The translations under genes and the position numbers were made by a program. The notes beneath the pieces were generated by a model. That model saw nothing but the letters and a program-made list of their open reading frames with translations, searched no databases and was not told where the DNA came from. A stretch of 64,000 nucleotides of DNA. Source: Lama guanicoe (taxonomy: Eukaryota). The stretch is taken from contig MU053881.1 in the NCBI GenBank assembly GCA_013239625.1, positions 6,843,957-6,907,956 on the forward strand, read 5' to 3'. Positions 25,091 to 37,568 of the stretch are shown here, piece by piece (the first letter of the stretch is position 1; the number at the start of each line of letters is the position of its first letter).

Positions 25091-26689
25091 CCACACCTTT
25101 GCTCAGTGGGCTACACAAGGTCACAGTCAGAGATACTGGGGAGATGTGGGCCAGGCCCCCTCAGCTCAGGATTCGGGACTCTCCTGGTACTGGGACCCTC
25201 CAGTGCCCAACCAATCTGAATGCCGGATTCCTCAGGAGCCAGCCAGCTTCTCCCCAGCCTCAGCTGCCCCCTGGCTGGCTGGGGATGTGGACCCACATCT
25301 GGCGGCAACTCCCTACTTTCCAGGCTGTCAGAACAGGATGCAACCATCCTCTGTACTGCTGGACTGGGTGCTGTCAGGGCAGGCAGTTTCGGGGGCGGGA
25401 CCTCATTCAAATCCAGGTAGTGACGCAGGCCCTGGGAGAAGCTGGCTCAACACTGTCACTCATTTTGCCCTGGGACATGATTGTATTTGGGCAGTGGGCC
25501 TCAAACTTCAGTGCATGAAGGGATCACCCGAGTGCTGGGCCCCACCCTCAGCGATTCAGAGTGAGAGGGGAACATGCGCTTACGGCCAGCCCGTGTGTAG
25601 TCTGCTGCGGGTGCTGCCAGGGGACCACACTTGCCGGACATCTGCTAGAAGCTCACATAAGCAACATTCAGACCTCCCAGCACGGAGCAGAGATAAAACC
25701 AGGGTCTCCACCTTGTGCCTTCTCTGCGGAGCTTTCCAGCTGGACCTCATCTGACCAGGCCAGAAGGTTACTAATAACAATGATCAGTGTCAGCATTAAA
25801 TATGTACCAGGCTCCGCCTGCACAAAGCTCTTTTAAATGCATATTCTCTCTTTCCTTTGACTCCCAGTGTCAAATGCTGGCTTGCCAAGATCTTTAGTTT
25901 GGCTCACACAGAGTTAGACCTCAAAGGGTTTTTCAATTCAAATTTCAGCAATATTTAAAAAATGCGAGAGTCCACATGAAAATCTGATTTTCTGGCTTCT
26001 CCTGAAATGGTGAAGATCTGGCTGCTGTAGGTCTTCTGGATGGCCTGGTATCTTTTGTCCAGATGGGGAGTGATGACTGCCAGGCTGGATGTGTCTGGCT
26101 CTCTCCATCTCTCCAGGCGCCACCACTCCCCTGCCAATTCTCCCTGGCACCAAGGCAAGTGTCCGTTGGCACCTGCCATCTTATTCCCTCACCTGCTTCA
26201 TTTGTGGATGTTACCTGCATCAGCCTTGTAAGCAACTGAGTGTATGTCCTCTGCCCTGAATCCAAATGTAGACCCCACGCAGGCTGTGTCACGCATCGGT
26301 CTCCTTAAACGATTGATTTTGAAGTCCTTTAATAAAGTCCTTTGAAAAAAGATATTGCTATTAGCCCATTTAAGGTATAAAGACATCAAACCTCAGAATG
26401 GTCAGCAATTTGCCTATGGTTTTGCAGCCAATGGGAGCAGAGCCAGGGCTCCAGCTGGGGCTTCTGCTTCCAGGTGTGCAGTGTGGACCCTGAGCAGCTC
26501 CAAGGCCACCACCTTCCCAAATGACACTGTGTAGGCACCTTCTAGAACCGTGCAGTGTGCCGCCTGCCAAGTTTGGACAGTCCTGACTTCCACCCAGGGG
26601 CCTGACTCCAAAGTTTTACTTTACTCCGTGCCAGGCCCTAAGAAACAGGGACTTCCATGCCCATGGGTGCCTCCGTTTCTCCCCCGCAG

Positions 26690-26959
26690 TGCTCCTACAT
26701 CCCAGGCAGCCTGGACAACTACCAGATGGCCCGGGCCGATGTGGAGAAGGTGAGAGCCAGATTCCACGAGCACCAGGTTTTCTACTGCTTCTCAACGACC
26801 CGGGAGAATGAGACCAGCGTCCTGTATCGGCGCCTCTACGGGCCCCAGACCCTCCTCTTCTCCCTCTTCTGGCCCACCTTCCTGCTGACTGGTGGCCTCC
26901 TCATTATCGTCATGGTGAAGATCAACCAGTCCCTCTCCATCCTGGCAGCCCAGAGGTAG
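26690..26959 (+). CDS. KCNMB1: KCNMB1 last coding exon (exon 4), aa 103-191 incl. TM2, stop TAG
   Basis: ttctcccccgcag|TGC acceptor; encodes CSYIPGSLDNYQ...LFSLFWPTFLLTGGLLIIVMVKINQSLSILAAQR*. 134+172+270=576 nt = 191 aa, the known beta-1 length. Confidence 0.97.
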   Translation, partial: CSYIPGSLDNYQMARADVEKVRARFHEHQVFYCFSTTRENETSVLYRRLYGPQTLLFSLFWPTFLLTGGLLIIVMVKINQSLSILAAQR

Positions 26960-27461
26960 ACTCATCCATGCCACATCACTGCTCGGGCCACAGGGGACTG
27001 GATGGGTCCCCAGGCTGCTCCCCACTTGTGTTCCCCTGCCTCCTCCCCCTGTCTTCCCACTCTCCCCCTCCAATACATTCCGTCCTCCATTGCCTGGGTG
27101 GTCTTTGGGAAGTCCTTCTGTTAAGCTATTTCCTGCTCCCCAGGGCTCATGAGAACACAAGGCCAGCCAGTGACAGCTCTCCATCCCCTGTCCCCACTCA
27201 GCTGACTCACATCTATTTCTACTGTGCCACTGTCCACTGCCCTGATGACAATGATCCTTGTTTCTGGGCCTCTGTCCTGGGGCGGCCGGCTCAAAGACCA
27301 GCCAGTCCCACCCAGTAAGCCATCCCTGGAAAACCTCAGTGCCTTTTATGAATTCCATTATGAGAACAGCAGCAGCCCCCACATACAGAGAACATTTGGA
27401 ACGTCGCTTGTATTTAGGGTTCTCAGAGCTGTATACATTTTTATCCCAATATTAACAAATA

Positions 27462-27755
27462 GAGGTACAAGCTTCCAGTTATAAAATAAATAAATCATGG
27501 GGATGTAATGTACAGCATGGTGGCCATAATTAATAATAGTCTATTGCATATTTGAAAGGTGCTAAGAGTAGATCTTAAAAGTTCTCACCATAGGAAAAAA
27601 AAATCACTATTTGTGGAGATGGATGTTAACCAGGCTTATTGCGGTAATGATTTTGCATTATATATACACTTCCAATCATTGTTATGCACCTGAAAACAAA
27701 TAAAATTTTATATGTCAATTATACCTCAGTTAAACAAATATATATAAAAAATAAA
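27462..27755 (+). mobile_element. L1 (L1MA9-like) 3' end inserted ~500 bp after the KCNMB1 stop
   Basis: ggtacaagcttccagttataaaataaataa..catggggatgtaatgtacagcatgg...gtagatcttaaaagttctcacca...tatatgtcaattatacctca, followed by an A-rich tail. Confidence 0.85.
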
Positions 27756-28195
27756 AGGCCATAAGGGAGTGATACTAAACTATATCAAAATATTAACTGG
27801 GAGATAGTGGTGATTTTAATTTTCTTCCCTCTTTTTATTTTTGGTACTTTTCTAAATTTTCAACAATAAAAATGTTTGGCTTCGTTGTACTTATTTTTAA
27901 TCAGAAAAGTAACAGTAGATGTTATTTTGAAAAAAAGAAGTTTGAGAGGGTGAGGTTCCTGTCACCAAGCAGATGGAAGTAGCCCAGGGAAGGGGCCAGA
28001 GGCAGGCTTTTGAGAACACACAGTTCTAAGAGCCCAGTACGGAGGGCAAGTAACCACATAGTTGGGGATTTACGTCCAACGCAGATAAACACGAAGCCCT
28101 GGTCCGGCAGGGGAGCCTGCCTCAGGCTTGGAAAGGGGATAATGGGGGGGAAGCCGTCATCTCTACCATTATTACTCCAAGAACTGGTCCTCAGG

Positions 28196-28377
28196 CAGTT
28201 GTTCTCAAAGTGTGGTCCCCAGACCAGCAACATAGCATGCCGTGTAGGAATGCACATTCTCAGGCCCTCAGCCCAGCCCTACTAACTGGAAACCCCGAGG
28301 GGGAGCGATGGGGAGCATCTCTGTTTTGGCAGTGGCTGCGGGGGACTCTGATGTGTGCTCAAGCGTGAGACCCACTG
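28196..28377. mobile_element. MER5A-like hAT-Charlie element
   Basis: cagttgttctcaaagtgtggtccccagaccagcaacat...atgcacattctcaggccc...tgagacccactg. Confidence 0.75.
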
Positions 28378-28704
28378 GTGAAGAAACCCAGGGCCCTGTC
28401 ACTGGGCTTTATGGACTGAACCAGTGACTTTTTGTCAGCTCAAGTCCTGAGCTGGATGGGAAGTTAGGCTGGTGTCTCTAAAGTTCTTTCTGGAGCTGTG
28501 ATTCCAGGAGCAGCCCCGAGTGGGAACCCTGTCTCCACTTCTGCCAGATTTCGTCTCTCTGATTCTCAGTTGTCCCATCTATAGAAGAGAGACTCCTCCC
28601 TTTGGGTACTTTGAAGGGCTGAATGAAGGTCTGGCACATAGCAGATGTTAGTAACAATAAGAAGTAATGAAGACTCAGAAACTTCCAGGAGAAATTATAC
28701 CAAC

Positions 28705-29185
28705 AATAATGCTAACTAGCATTTATTGGTGCTTATTTATAACGTGCCAGACACTGTGCTAAACAGATTGCCTCGTAAAAATTCAGTGAAGCACTGCGGA
28801 ACTCACCTCACAGATAAGGAGAAGCGATACAGGACAGTGGTTATATATGTGGACTTGGGATGGGCACTGCCTGGGTTCAAATACCCAACCCTGTTATTCA
28901 CTAACTGGGTGACTTTGGGCCAGTAAGTTCTGCATGCCTCGATTTCCTCACTTGCAAAATAGGAACTAATAATAATATTTCCCTTTTAGGGTTGTTGGTA
29001 TTAAATGAGTTATTGTATTTTGTTCCTAGAATAGCGACTGACACATGATAAATGCTATATAAGATATTATGAAAATCTGAGGCTCTAAGAGGTCATTGGT
29101 CAGGGTCAACCATATAGTAAGTGAGGAACTGGGAACCAAGCCCTGGGCTGTGTGATTCCAGAGCCTGGCTGGTCAACCACAGTAC
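28705..29185. mobile_element. Minus-strand MIR split by a plus-strand MIR (inner copy ~28830-29070)
   Basis: The outer MIR core acagataagga...gaaaatctgaggctc is interrupted by a near full-length opposite-orientation MIR (ctgggttcaaat...gtgactttggg...tttcctcacttgcaaaatagg). Confidence 0.6.
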
Positions 29186-29499
29186 TTGAGCTGATTTAGC
29201 TGAAGGGCTGAGGGACCCAGGGGCCCCCAGGGGCCAGGAAAGGAACAGTGCTGCATTTCTGGAACCCCATGGTGTCCTCATGCAAGTCAGGGATCTGGGG
29301 CTTGCACCTGGAATCTGCACCAACATCTGTCACTTGCAACCAGGGAGCCGTGACACAGCCTCCCACCTTCCAGGTTCTTATGGAGGACAGCGCTTCCAAG
29401 GGGAGGTGGCAAACCATTCCGCAGGGTTTCTCCCTTCTGGGGTCAGGGAAGTCCAAGAGTCCTGTGAGTCTTTTAAGAAAGTCTCCGTTGTGATATTAC

Positions 29500-29642
29500 G
29501 CAATAGTTTGGTAAGATACTGCCTTTGGGGGAAATTAGGTAAAGGGTGCATGGGATCTGTCTGTATTATTTCTTACAACTGCATGGGAATCCACAGTTCT
29601 CTCCAAAATTTAAGTTTAATTAGAAAAGAAAAAAAGAAGAAA
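29500..29642 (+). mobile_element. L1MC-like 3' terminal fragment
   Basis: ttgggggaaattaggtaaagggtgcatgggatctgtctgtattatttcttacaactgcatg followed by an A-rich tail. Confidence 0.65.
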
Positions 29643-30699
29643 ACAGTGCCCATCATGAGTCTCACTTACAGGGGTTCCTTTGCATGTGGTTTCCCTGTAC
29701 CGGCATTTGGGGTTGAAATACACAGAAATGCAGACTACCCAAACAGCCCCTGCAGGGGAAAAGGCCATGATCTTCTAGAAAAAAGTGCCTGGGGATGCCC
29801 AGCCCCCACTGCCCCATGCATTATTAACAATGACCTTCATTTGCTTGAGACAAATGTCTTCCTCCTGTCAACAGAGTTTGGCCTATTTCTATCAAATCCC
29901 ATACCTGCCTGCTGCTGACAGAACTTCGTGTCCAAGATGAGTGTGAAATAATGGGCATTTAAGCATGATGGAGTTAGACAGGGAGGAAAAATGTTTTTGG
30001 AATAACGTCTGCCTGGGAGCAGAGCCTGCATCGGTTCTTAAAAAAAAAAATCATTGTACTAATGAATGTCTAGCGCTTCCACTGGTTTTGTTTGTTCTCT
30101 CATGGACCAGTGACTCACACCTGAAGAGATGCATCTGGATTGCTGCCCCAGAACCCAGATCACTCGGCAAAGGGGGGGGGGGTCAGAGATGAAGCAGACA
30201 GGGTGCCTGCCTTCAAGAAGCTGTTCATCTTCCTGACACTCTCCCCTCTAACCCCCACCATCATCAAGTTCTTCCTGCTTCACAGGGAAGAGCCTAATAT
30301 ACACAAATTCAAAACAATGCAGTACAAAATGTTAATAAAAAATCTCAGTATTGGTGCCTTACTGAAGTGATGCCAGCCTCCCTGCCCCTAATAGTAATTC
30401 ATTGAAAATTCCTCCTAATTTCAAAACTCCTTGTGTGTATGGCTCGTAGACTGCATTCAGTCCATTGCTAATTGGCAGTACAGGCTGGTGCATACGAATA
30501 TCCCATGACTTTGGCGTTTGGGGGAAGTTGAATTATATGAAGTATTTGCAAAGATATTGTTTGAACAGAGTGCATCTGTCTTGCACCGCTTCTCCAGCCG
30601 CTGCCCTTTCACACGGAGGGAAAAGAGAAAGACCAAAGCAAGACCAGAAAGACATGAAGAGATTCACTGCAGTCTAAGGGAAGCAAATCGCAAAGTGGA

Positions 30700-31148
30700 A
30701 GCTTTCAAGGTCAAAACTCTTTTCATATAATATTTAGATACTATTTGCTTTTTTCACTCTCATTCTCTCGCCAGCATATGGGGAATTTTTCAGAGCTTCT
30801 GTGACATGTGATACACAAAAGACTGAATGCAGATAGACGAAACCAGCTGCCTTCTGCTAAGCCAGACAGTAAAAAGAACTGCAAAAATGTAAAACGATGC
30901 CACTTTTCTTGATAAATCTTTTTAAAAATGCACTTATTTTTCATAAAAATATGGTCCTTTTGTTCACACGTAATGCGTTGGTTATTGTTATTTTAAAATG
31001 AATTAATTTAAATGAAACATTCTGAGTTTTAATTTTTAAATGGCAGAGATTAGTAGATAGAACCCATATAAAACAAATCTTTTTGGAACCCTCAACATAT
31101 TTGAAGACTGTATAAGGATTCTGAGACGAGGAAGTTTCAGAACTGCTG
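30700..31148. mobile_element. Charlie1-family hAT transposon fragment
   Basis: aggtcaaaactcttttcata...ttcactctcattctctc...gactgaatgcaga...aagccagaca..aaa...gcaaaaatgtaaaac.atgccac...aagtttcagaactgctg. Confidence 0.7.
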
Positions 31149-34100
31149 GCCCAGTGTGTCCAGGGACAGGCAGGGCCCCCCGCTCTCCCCATGCCGTGCC
31201 CTGTGCACAGCCCAAGCCCTCCCCTGAGATCCCCACTTGGGGGCCAGGAGGAGCGCTTCGGTTTTCCCCATCTCCCCTCCGCCCGGTTCTCTCTTCCACA
31301 GATGGGTTAGGGTATGGATTACCTCCCTCTCCACAGGTACTTCCCTGGATCTCTGTCATGTCACAAAACACAGAATTCAGTGTCTTCCTCGATGTCCACA
31401 ACTCTCCCTTCCCACTCATACAGAGCATGTGCTCATCACACAAGGTGTGATGCTTAAATGCTTTGTGGGATGGGGAAGAGATGTACATAAATGCAAAGCC
31501 ATCAACTCCCAACTGAAAGCTGGACAAAGGTGGTGATTCATCCCAAAGCTTGCACCTCCTCCCTCAATTAGAGAGGCTTGAACCTCCCATCATCTCCATC
31601 ATCCCACACCAACCTCCCCTGTTCCTGATATACCTAAAATAAAAACAGGGGCTCACGTAGCATCTTCAGCTTTAAGACACGTCTTCTCTTTCTGCTCCCA
31701 ATGAGACTGTTTCCCTGAGCCCTCCCCTGTCAATTCTGAAGCCCCAGCTTTTTGACAGCCCTTTGATGTTTTATATTCAAATACAAACTCCTGTTCTCTG
31801 AGGGTCAGTGGTTCTTTAAAGACCATCTAGGTGCTTCCCCCCTAGTTTCTGATCTGGTGCTTGAACCCTCCCTGCAACATTCCACTTCTGCCACAATCTG
31901 CATCCACCTCTCTTTTGATGAATAACTCACTGCACTGGGAAGTAGCCACTTCCACTTGGGGATGTAGTTAGCAAATTTCTTCCAAACAAGAATCTGTCAA
32001 CCCTCATAATGATAACAGCTAACGTTTGTTCAGCACCTTTAGGCCAGGATTTGGGCTGAGCTTGTGCAAATGTGGCTTTCTGAACCCTAACAATATCCTT
32101 TAGGGCATTATTATTAGCTCCGCTTCATGGGTGGGGCAACAGAGCCACGGGATTTAACTTGCCGCAGGTCAGAAGTTAGTAAATAGCAGAGCTGGGATTC
32201 AAACCTGAGCAGCATGGCTTCAGACCCTACTCTCTAAGCACTGTACATCCTGCCCCTTAGTCTCTGCCCCGTATCAAAGCTGGAGAATTCCCAGCAAGGC
32301 AAGGGCAGCACTGAGAGCCTGTCAAATGCCTCTGTGTACCTTCCCACAGAGCCCAGGCTCTCAGATGGCTCCCCGGAGCCGCACCTCTGAAGAATCTACA
32401 GATGTGGAGAGGGGCTCAAGAATGCGCATCCAACAGAGCCCTGCAAAGATTCTGACAGGGGACTGCCAAGATGGACAGGCAGACGAAGTCAGCTACTATC
32501 TGCCTGGCTCCACGACCACACAGCCCCCGGCCTGTCAAACACCCGGCAGGTATCCAGGCACGCTATGGCCACAGCCATCCTTGAGCTGGTCACTCCACTA
32601 AAAAGCAGAACGGAAGAGAGGCTGATCTGCCCTGACTCTTTCTCAGGGACCCCATGCTTCTCTCAGTCAGCCCTGCTTTCTTTTCCAAGTATTCCCAAAC
32701 CACTGGTTCAACAGTCCATTCTAGATTGTGTCCAGGAGTTGACAGCATGCGTATTTATACATAGTTTTAAAGTTTTCTTTTAACCATCATTAATAAAAAT
32801 TGGGCCATGCGACACCTTCTTGGGATCTAACTAATTTTTCTGTGACTCTGTTGGCCATGCAAGTAGTAGGCTTCGAAACATCTCCCACACATGTGTCTTT
32901 AAACTCCATTTAATATGCCCTCTGTTGGTTCTTTCCAACCCCTGGAACGGAAATTGTCTGAGCCACAAGCCCAGAAGCTCATAGATTTGGAGTAGCCTGA
33001 GCTTCTGGGCACTTGACCTCATGTGAGTCTCTTAGCCACGCTGGACCATCACGCCAGGTTCTCAGATCTCAATCTTTGTGGGGAAGATGGGACACCCAAA
33101 CAGAAGGGGCGTCACTGGCCCCTCCGTCAGATCACATGACCCAAGCAGACTCAACCATGGGTGATTTTCACTCTCTCTCTCTCAGGAAATGTTTTAATGG
33201 CTTCTTCTTATTCTTACATTTAGGGGGTGGGGGTAGGGGTTATGTTTCTGCTTAGTGTGACCTTATTTCTTATGGTTCTGAATGGTGTGTTTTGTGTTTG
33301 GAGAGGAAGACTGCAGGGAGGAAATTTCAGAAAAGTAAGAGTTCGAATCTGGCTTGTCAATGACCCTGGGCAGTTTATTTAATCTCCCTGAGACTCCATT
33401 TCCTCAACTGGAAAATGAACATCCTTTGTTTTACAGGGCGCTTGTGATGATTCAGAGCATTAATGAATGTGAAACACTTAGCAAAGTGCCTGGTACATAA
33501 AATGCTTCAGAAACGTTCTCCCTCGATTTGAGCAAACGTGTCTCCTCCGATTATACAGATTCTTCTCTGTGAGCCCAGAGGTCTTCCTACTGCTCCCCTT
33601 TTCTCATGAGCAACTTCCCACTTCTCTTTCTTGTGAGCATCTCTGAAGACCATCTTGCCTCTGTCTTCCCTCTCAATCTGTTTCTAGCTGTGTTGTGATC
33701 TGTCTGAAAAATTTCTGCCACAGACAGACTGTCTTTGCTTTGAACTCTCTTGAATCTACTTGTATAAACTTAGTTTCCGAGGAGAAGCAGCAGCAGCACA
33801 CAGGGGCCATGCCTTTCCCTGGCTGAACCATCCAAGGGCCAAAGGACCGGTTTCCATGACAGTCCACTTCATGGGAGAACCACCAACGTTGACAACAATA
33901 GGTCTGGCTGGAACAATCCTCCCAGTGTGCGGCCGGCAAATCCCTCGACCCAGAAATCAGGCTTAATTGGAAATTAAATTGCATTTCCATGCCAGCTGCA
34001 GGATGCTTATATCCACAGCTAATTTATCAAGGTGATGCCTCATCTCCGGCAAGCCCTTGGGAGTAGAGTGGCTGCATCCTCAAGGTTACAAGCTTGTATC

Positions 34101-34809
34101 TGATGAGATGAACTTTCTTTAGAGGACAGCCTGAACCCTTCACGTCCCTCATTTGAGGTTTTGTGCACTTGTTGGCTGCTTCCTCTGTGACAGGCACTGT
34201 GGCAGGCAGGACCTGGAGATGCAGATCCTGGCAGGGATCAGCACTGCTCTGTAGCTGCTCTGGGCCAGTGGCAGAAAGAGAATCACACCAGCAAAGGATT
34301 CCCAGGTCACCGCACATTGCTTAGTTATTCAGGGTTGGGTTGTTTAGGAAGGTGAAGAGTATTAGGGGTAACTTCATGGTTAAGAATCTGATTTTTATAT
34401 TTAACACTGATACCAATAGTTCACCACGAGCCAGGCGGCCAGACTCTTCGCCAAGCCCTTTACACTCATTGATTCCATTCTCCAGGCAGCTGGAGGAAAT
34501 CAATGCAGGATGACTTTCATTATCCCCATTTTACTGATGAAAAAACTGAGACCTGGAAAGTAAGTAACTTGCCTAAGGTCGCCGCTGCCCAGTTAGTAGG
34601 CGGTAGAGCTGGGATTCAAACCGAAGTCATTTCATGGCAAGGCCTGTGCCTTTAAACATATGCCATTATTTCTCCTTTATTTCCCCCAACTTTTAGTTTT
34701 AAAAATGTCCAAGTACAGAAGAGCTGTAAAATTAGTACTAGGAGCATGCATACCCTTCCCCTTGGTTTGCAAATTATTATCAGTATTTTGCCATATATGC
34801 ACTATTCTT

Positions 34810-34837
34810 TGTGTGTGTGTGTGTGTATGTGTGCGCG
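34810..34837. repeat. Imperfect (TG)n microsatellite
   Basis: Read directly. Confidence 0.9.
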
Positions 34838-36642
34838 TTTACTGAACCATCTGATAGTATGTTCACGGACATAAAACACAAGTCTGGCTTGGGCAGCATG
34901 TGGGGGCGAGTTTGGCTGGAGGAGAATGTGCTCGTAGGCACGGAGACACGAGCAGGAAGTGGGCTGAGATCGTGGGGTGTGGGCTAAGAGGGCCAGGCCT
35001 GGAAGTTTGGGGTGTGCTCTAACGTGGAAAGCATATAGTGCAGCGAAAGCCTAACTTCTACTGAAGGCATTGAGAAGAGTTAAAAAAAAATTGAAGATGT
35101 GGATTTAGTAAATGGTATCTTTATGGTCTGATTAAATATACATGCGTATTGAAGACAATGCAGACAATACAGATTAGTATCAAGAAGAACTTTACAAATT
35201 CACCATTGATCTCGACTAAATGCCATGATAACATTTCAGTCTATTTCTTTGCTGTCTTACTTTTTCTGGAAACTCATTGTATGTGTAGTTCTGCGTCCTG
35301 AGTTTTCACCTAATGTTGTATCAATAGCATTTCTGCTTGTTAGCAAGCAGTCCTCAAAATATTTTTTCAAAGGTTTAGTATTATTCCATCAGATGGACGA
35401 ACCAAAATTTGTTTAACCCACTATTTTTTGACTGATGCTGAGACTGACTTCAATTTTGCACTATTAGAATATAGTACCGTGATGAACACCCCTGATAAAA
35501 GTCTTCTGCCTTTCTCTTATCTGCTGAGAGCAGATTTCCAGAAGTAGGTCTCCTGGGTCAAAGGGCTGGATGGACCATCTCTGTCTGGCCCAAGTGTGGA
35601 GGTGACAGGAGTGGAGGAACGGGAAGAAATGCAGTCTGTGGGCGGCTGCAGCAAAGCAGGTGAGATGTGATGAGAATTTGGACTTCAGGGACAGCGCTGG
35701 GAATGGAAAGAGAGTGATGGACAAGAGAAACACTGCGGAGAAATAATCAATAGGACTTAGTGAGCAAGATAACTGAAGGTGTAAGACTGGGGACATACAG
35801 AGAGAAACAGTTGAAGTCAGGAGAGAGAGGTCTGCTTTGCTTGTACGAGGGTTGAGCAGAGGCCACAGGAAGACACTCAAATAGAAGGATTCATGATCCG
35901 CCCTCTCCTCCCTCCCTCCCTCTCTTCTTTTCTCCATTTACCCAGCCATTGAGTCAAGATCATCAGTGCCTTGGTGTGGATGGAAAGACAGACACGGGAA
36001 GGCAGAATATAGAACCAGGGCCTTTAACCGGGACGCGGGGCAGAGACTTCAGGGAAAGAAAAGAGGATTCAGAGGCGCAAGTTCAAGGCCCAGCTTTGCT
36101 GCCCACCAGGTGGTTGATGGACCCCTCAGCTTCCCCTGAGGGCCTGCCACCTGGCGGGCCCTGCACCAAGCGCTGGGAAAGTAGCAGCGGCCAGGACTAT
36201 CCCTGCTCCTGTGAAGCTGGCCTCTCAGTGGACAAGCCAGACCAGAAATGAATGAATAAACATGTAACGTTATTACAAGAGTGCTACTTGGGTAAACGAG
36301 GCAGCGTTAGTAGACGGAAAGTGGCTCTGTGTGTGGAGGGAGGTCAGGAGGTGGGGGCGACTGTAGACAGGAGGGGCTTTGAATGAAGTTCGGGAGAGAG
36401 CCCGAGAAATGTCAGGAGGTGTCGCGACAGAGGGAACAGTGGTTGTCAGGACCCAGAGCCTGGAGCAACTGGTTTCCAGCAAGAGCAACATGGCCTGGTG
36501 GCAGGGTGGGGGGATTGTAAGCAAGGAAGGAGGCCAGAAACGCAGAGGACAGATCATGCAAAGCCCATGGAGCACAGAGAAAAGTCTGTGTTTGACGCTG
36601 AATGTGTCAAGAAATCACTGGAGGCGGAGTGGTGAACAAGGG

Positions 36643-36806
36643 GATTCTGTATTGTAAGAACATGGGAATGGATGAATGGATTTTTTAAAAGTACATGCCT
36701 CCTCTGGAGTATTATTAAGATTCTGTATTCTAAGAACATGGGAATGGATGAATAGCAATGGATGAATGGATTTTTTAAAAGTACATGCCTCCTCTGGAGT
36801 ATTATT
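36643..36806 (+). repeat. Near-perfect local tandem duplication (74 bp and 88 bp copies)
   Basis: 36643-36716 vs 36719-36806: identical except one substitution and a 14-bp indel (agcaatggatgaat). Confidence 0.9.
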
Positions 36807-37150
36807 CAGCCTTAAAAAAGGAATGAGTTTCTAATACATGCTACAACATGGACAAACCTAGAAAACATTATGTTAAGTGAAATCAGACCGATGCAAAAGG
36901 ACAAATACTGTATGATCGCACTTATATGAGGTACCTAGACTAGCCAAATTCATGGAGACAGAATGGTGGCTACCAGGGGCTGGGCAGTGTTTACTGGGTG
37001 TGGAGTTTCAGTCTGGAAAGATGGAAAGTTCTGTGGTGTGCATGGTGGTAGTGATTACACAACAATGTGAGTGTACTTAATGCCGCTGAGTTGCACACCT
37101 CAAAATGGTTAAAATGGTAAATTTTATATTATGTAGATTTATGACAACAA
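36760..37150 (+). mobile_element. L1 (L1MB-like) 3' end fragment
   Basis: tattattcagccttaaaaaaggaatga...catgctacaacatgga...aaaacattatgttaagtgaaa...aaaggacaaatactgtatgat...aaaatggttaaaatggtaaatttta. Confidence 0.85.
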
Positions 37151-37194
37151 ACCAAACATGGGAAAGGATGCTATGCAAAGAATTGTCTCTGAGG

Positions 37195-37568
37195 CGGATT
37201 CCTTTCCTAGGGCTGCTGTAACAAAGTATCGCAGACTGGGCAACGTGAACAACAGAAATTGATTTCTTTCATGGTTCTGGAGGCTGGAAGTCCAAGGGCA
37301 AGGTGCTGGCAGGGCTGGTTTCTGGGGAGGCCTCCCTCGTCTGCTTGCAGATGGATGCTGTGTCCTTCTGGCCATGGTCTGTTATCTGTGTGCGTGTCTC
37401 CTCCTCTTCTTATAAGGACAGCAGTCCTATCAGATCAGGGCCCCACCCATATGACCTCATTTAACCTTAATTACCTTTTTACAGTCTTATCTCCAATACA
37501 GTCATTTCAAAGTCACATATGAATTTGGGGGGGGGTGAGGGGGGCGGGTCACAGTTCAGTCCATAGCA
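37195..37568 (-). mobile_element. MaLR LTR, MLT1A-like
   Basis: ctagggctgctgtaacaaagta...ttctggaggctggaagtccaag...cttcttataaggaca...atgacctcatttaaccttaattacc...cagttcagtccatagca. Confidence 0.8.

Noticed and set aside
24967..25754. 183-aa and 202-aa + strand ORFs in KCNMB1 intron 3
   Set aside because: One begins in a MIR, neither has a recognisable homologue, and the spliced KCNMB1 CDS is complete without them.
29280..29918. 212-aa + strand ORF
   Set aside because: Crosses an L1 3' UTR fragment and its A-tail; non-ATG start; chance ORF.
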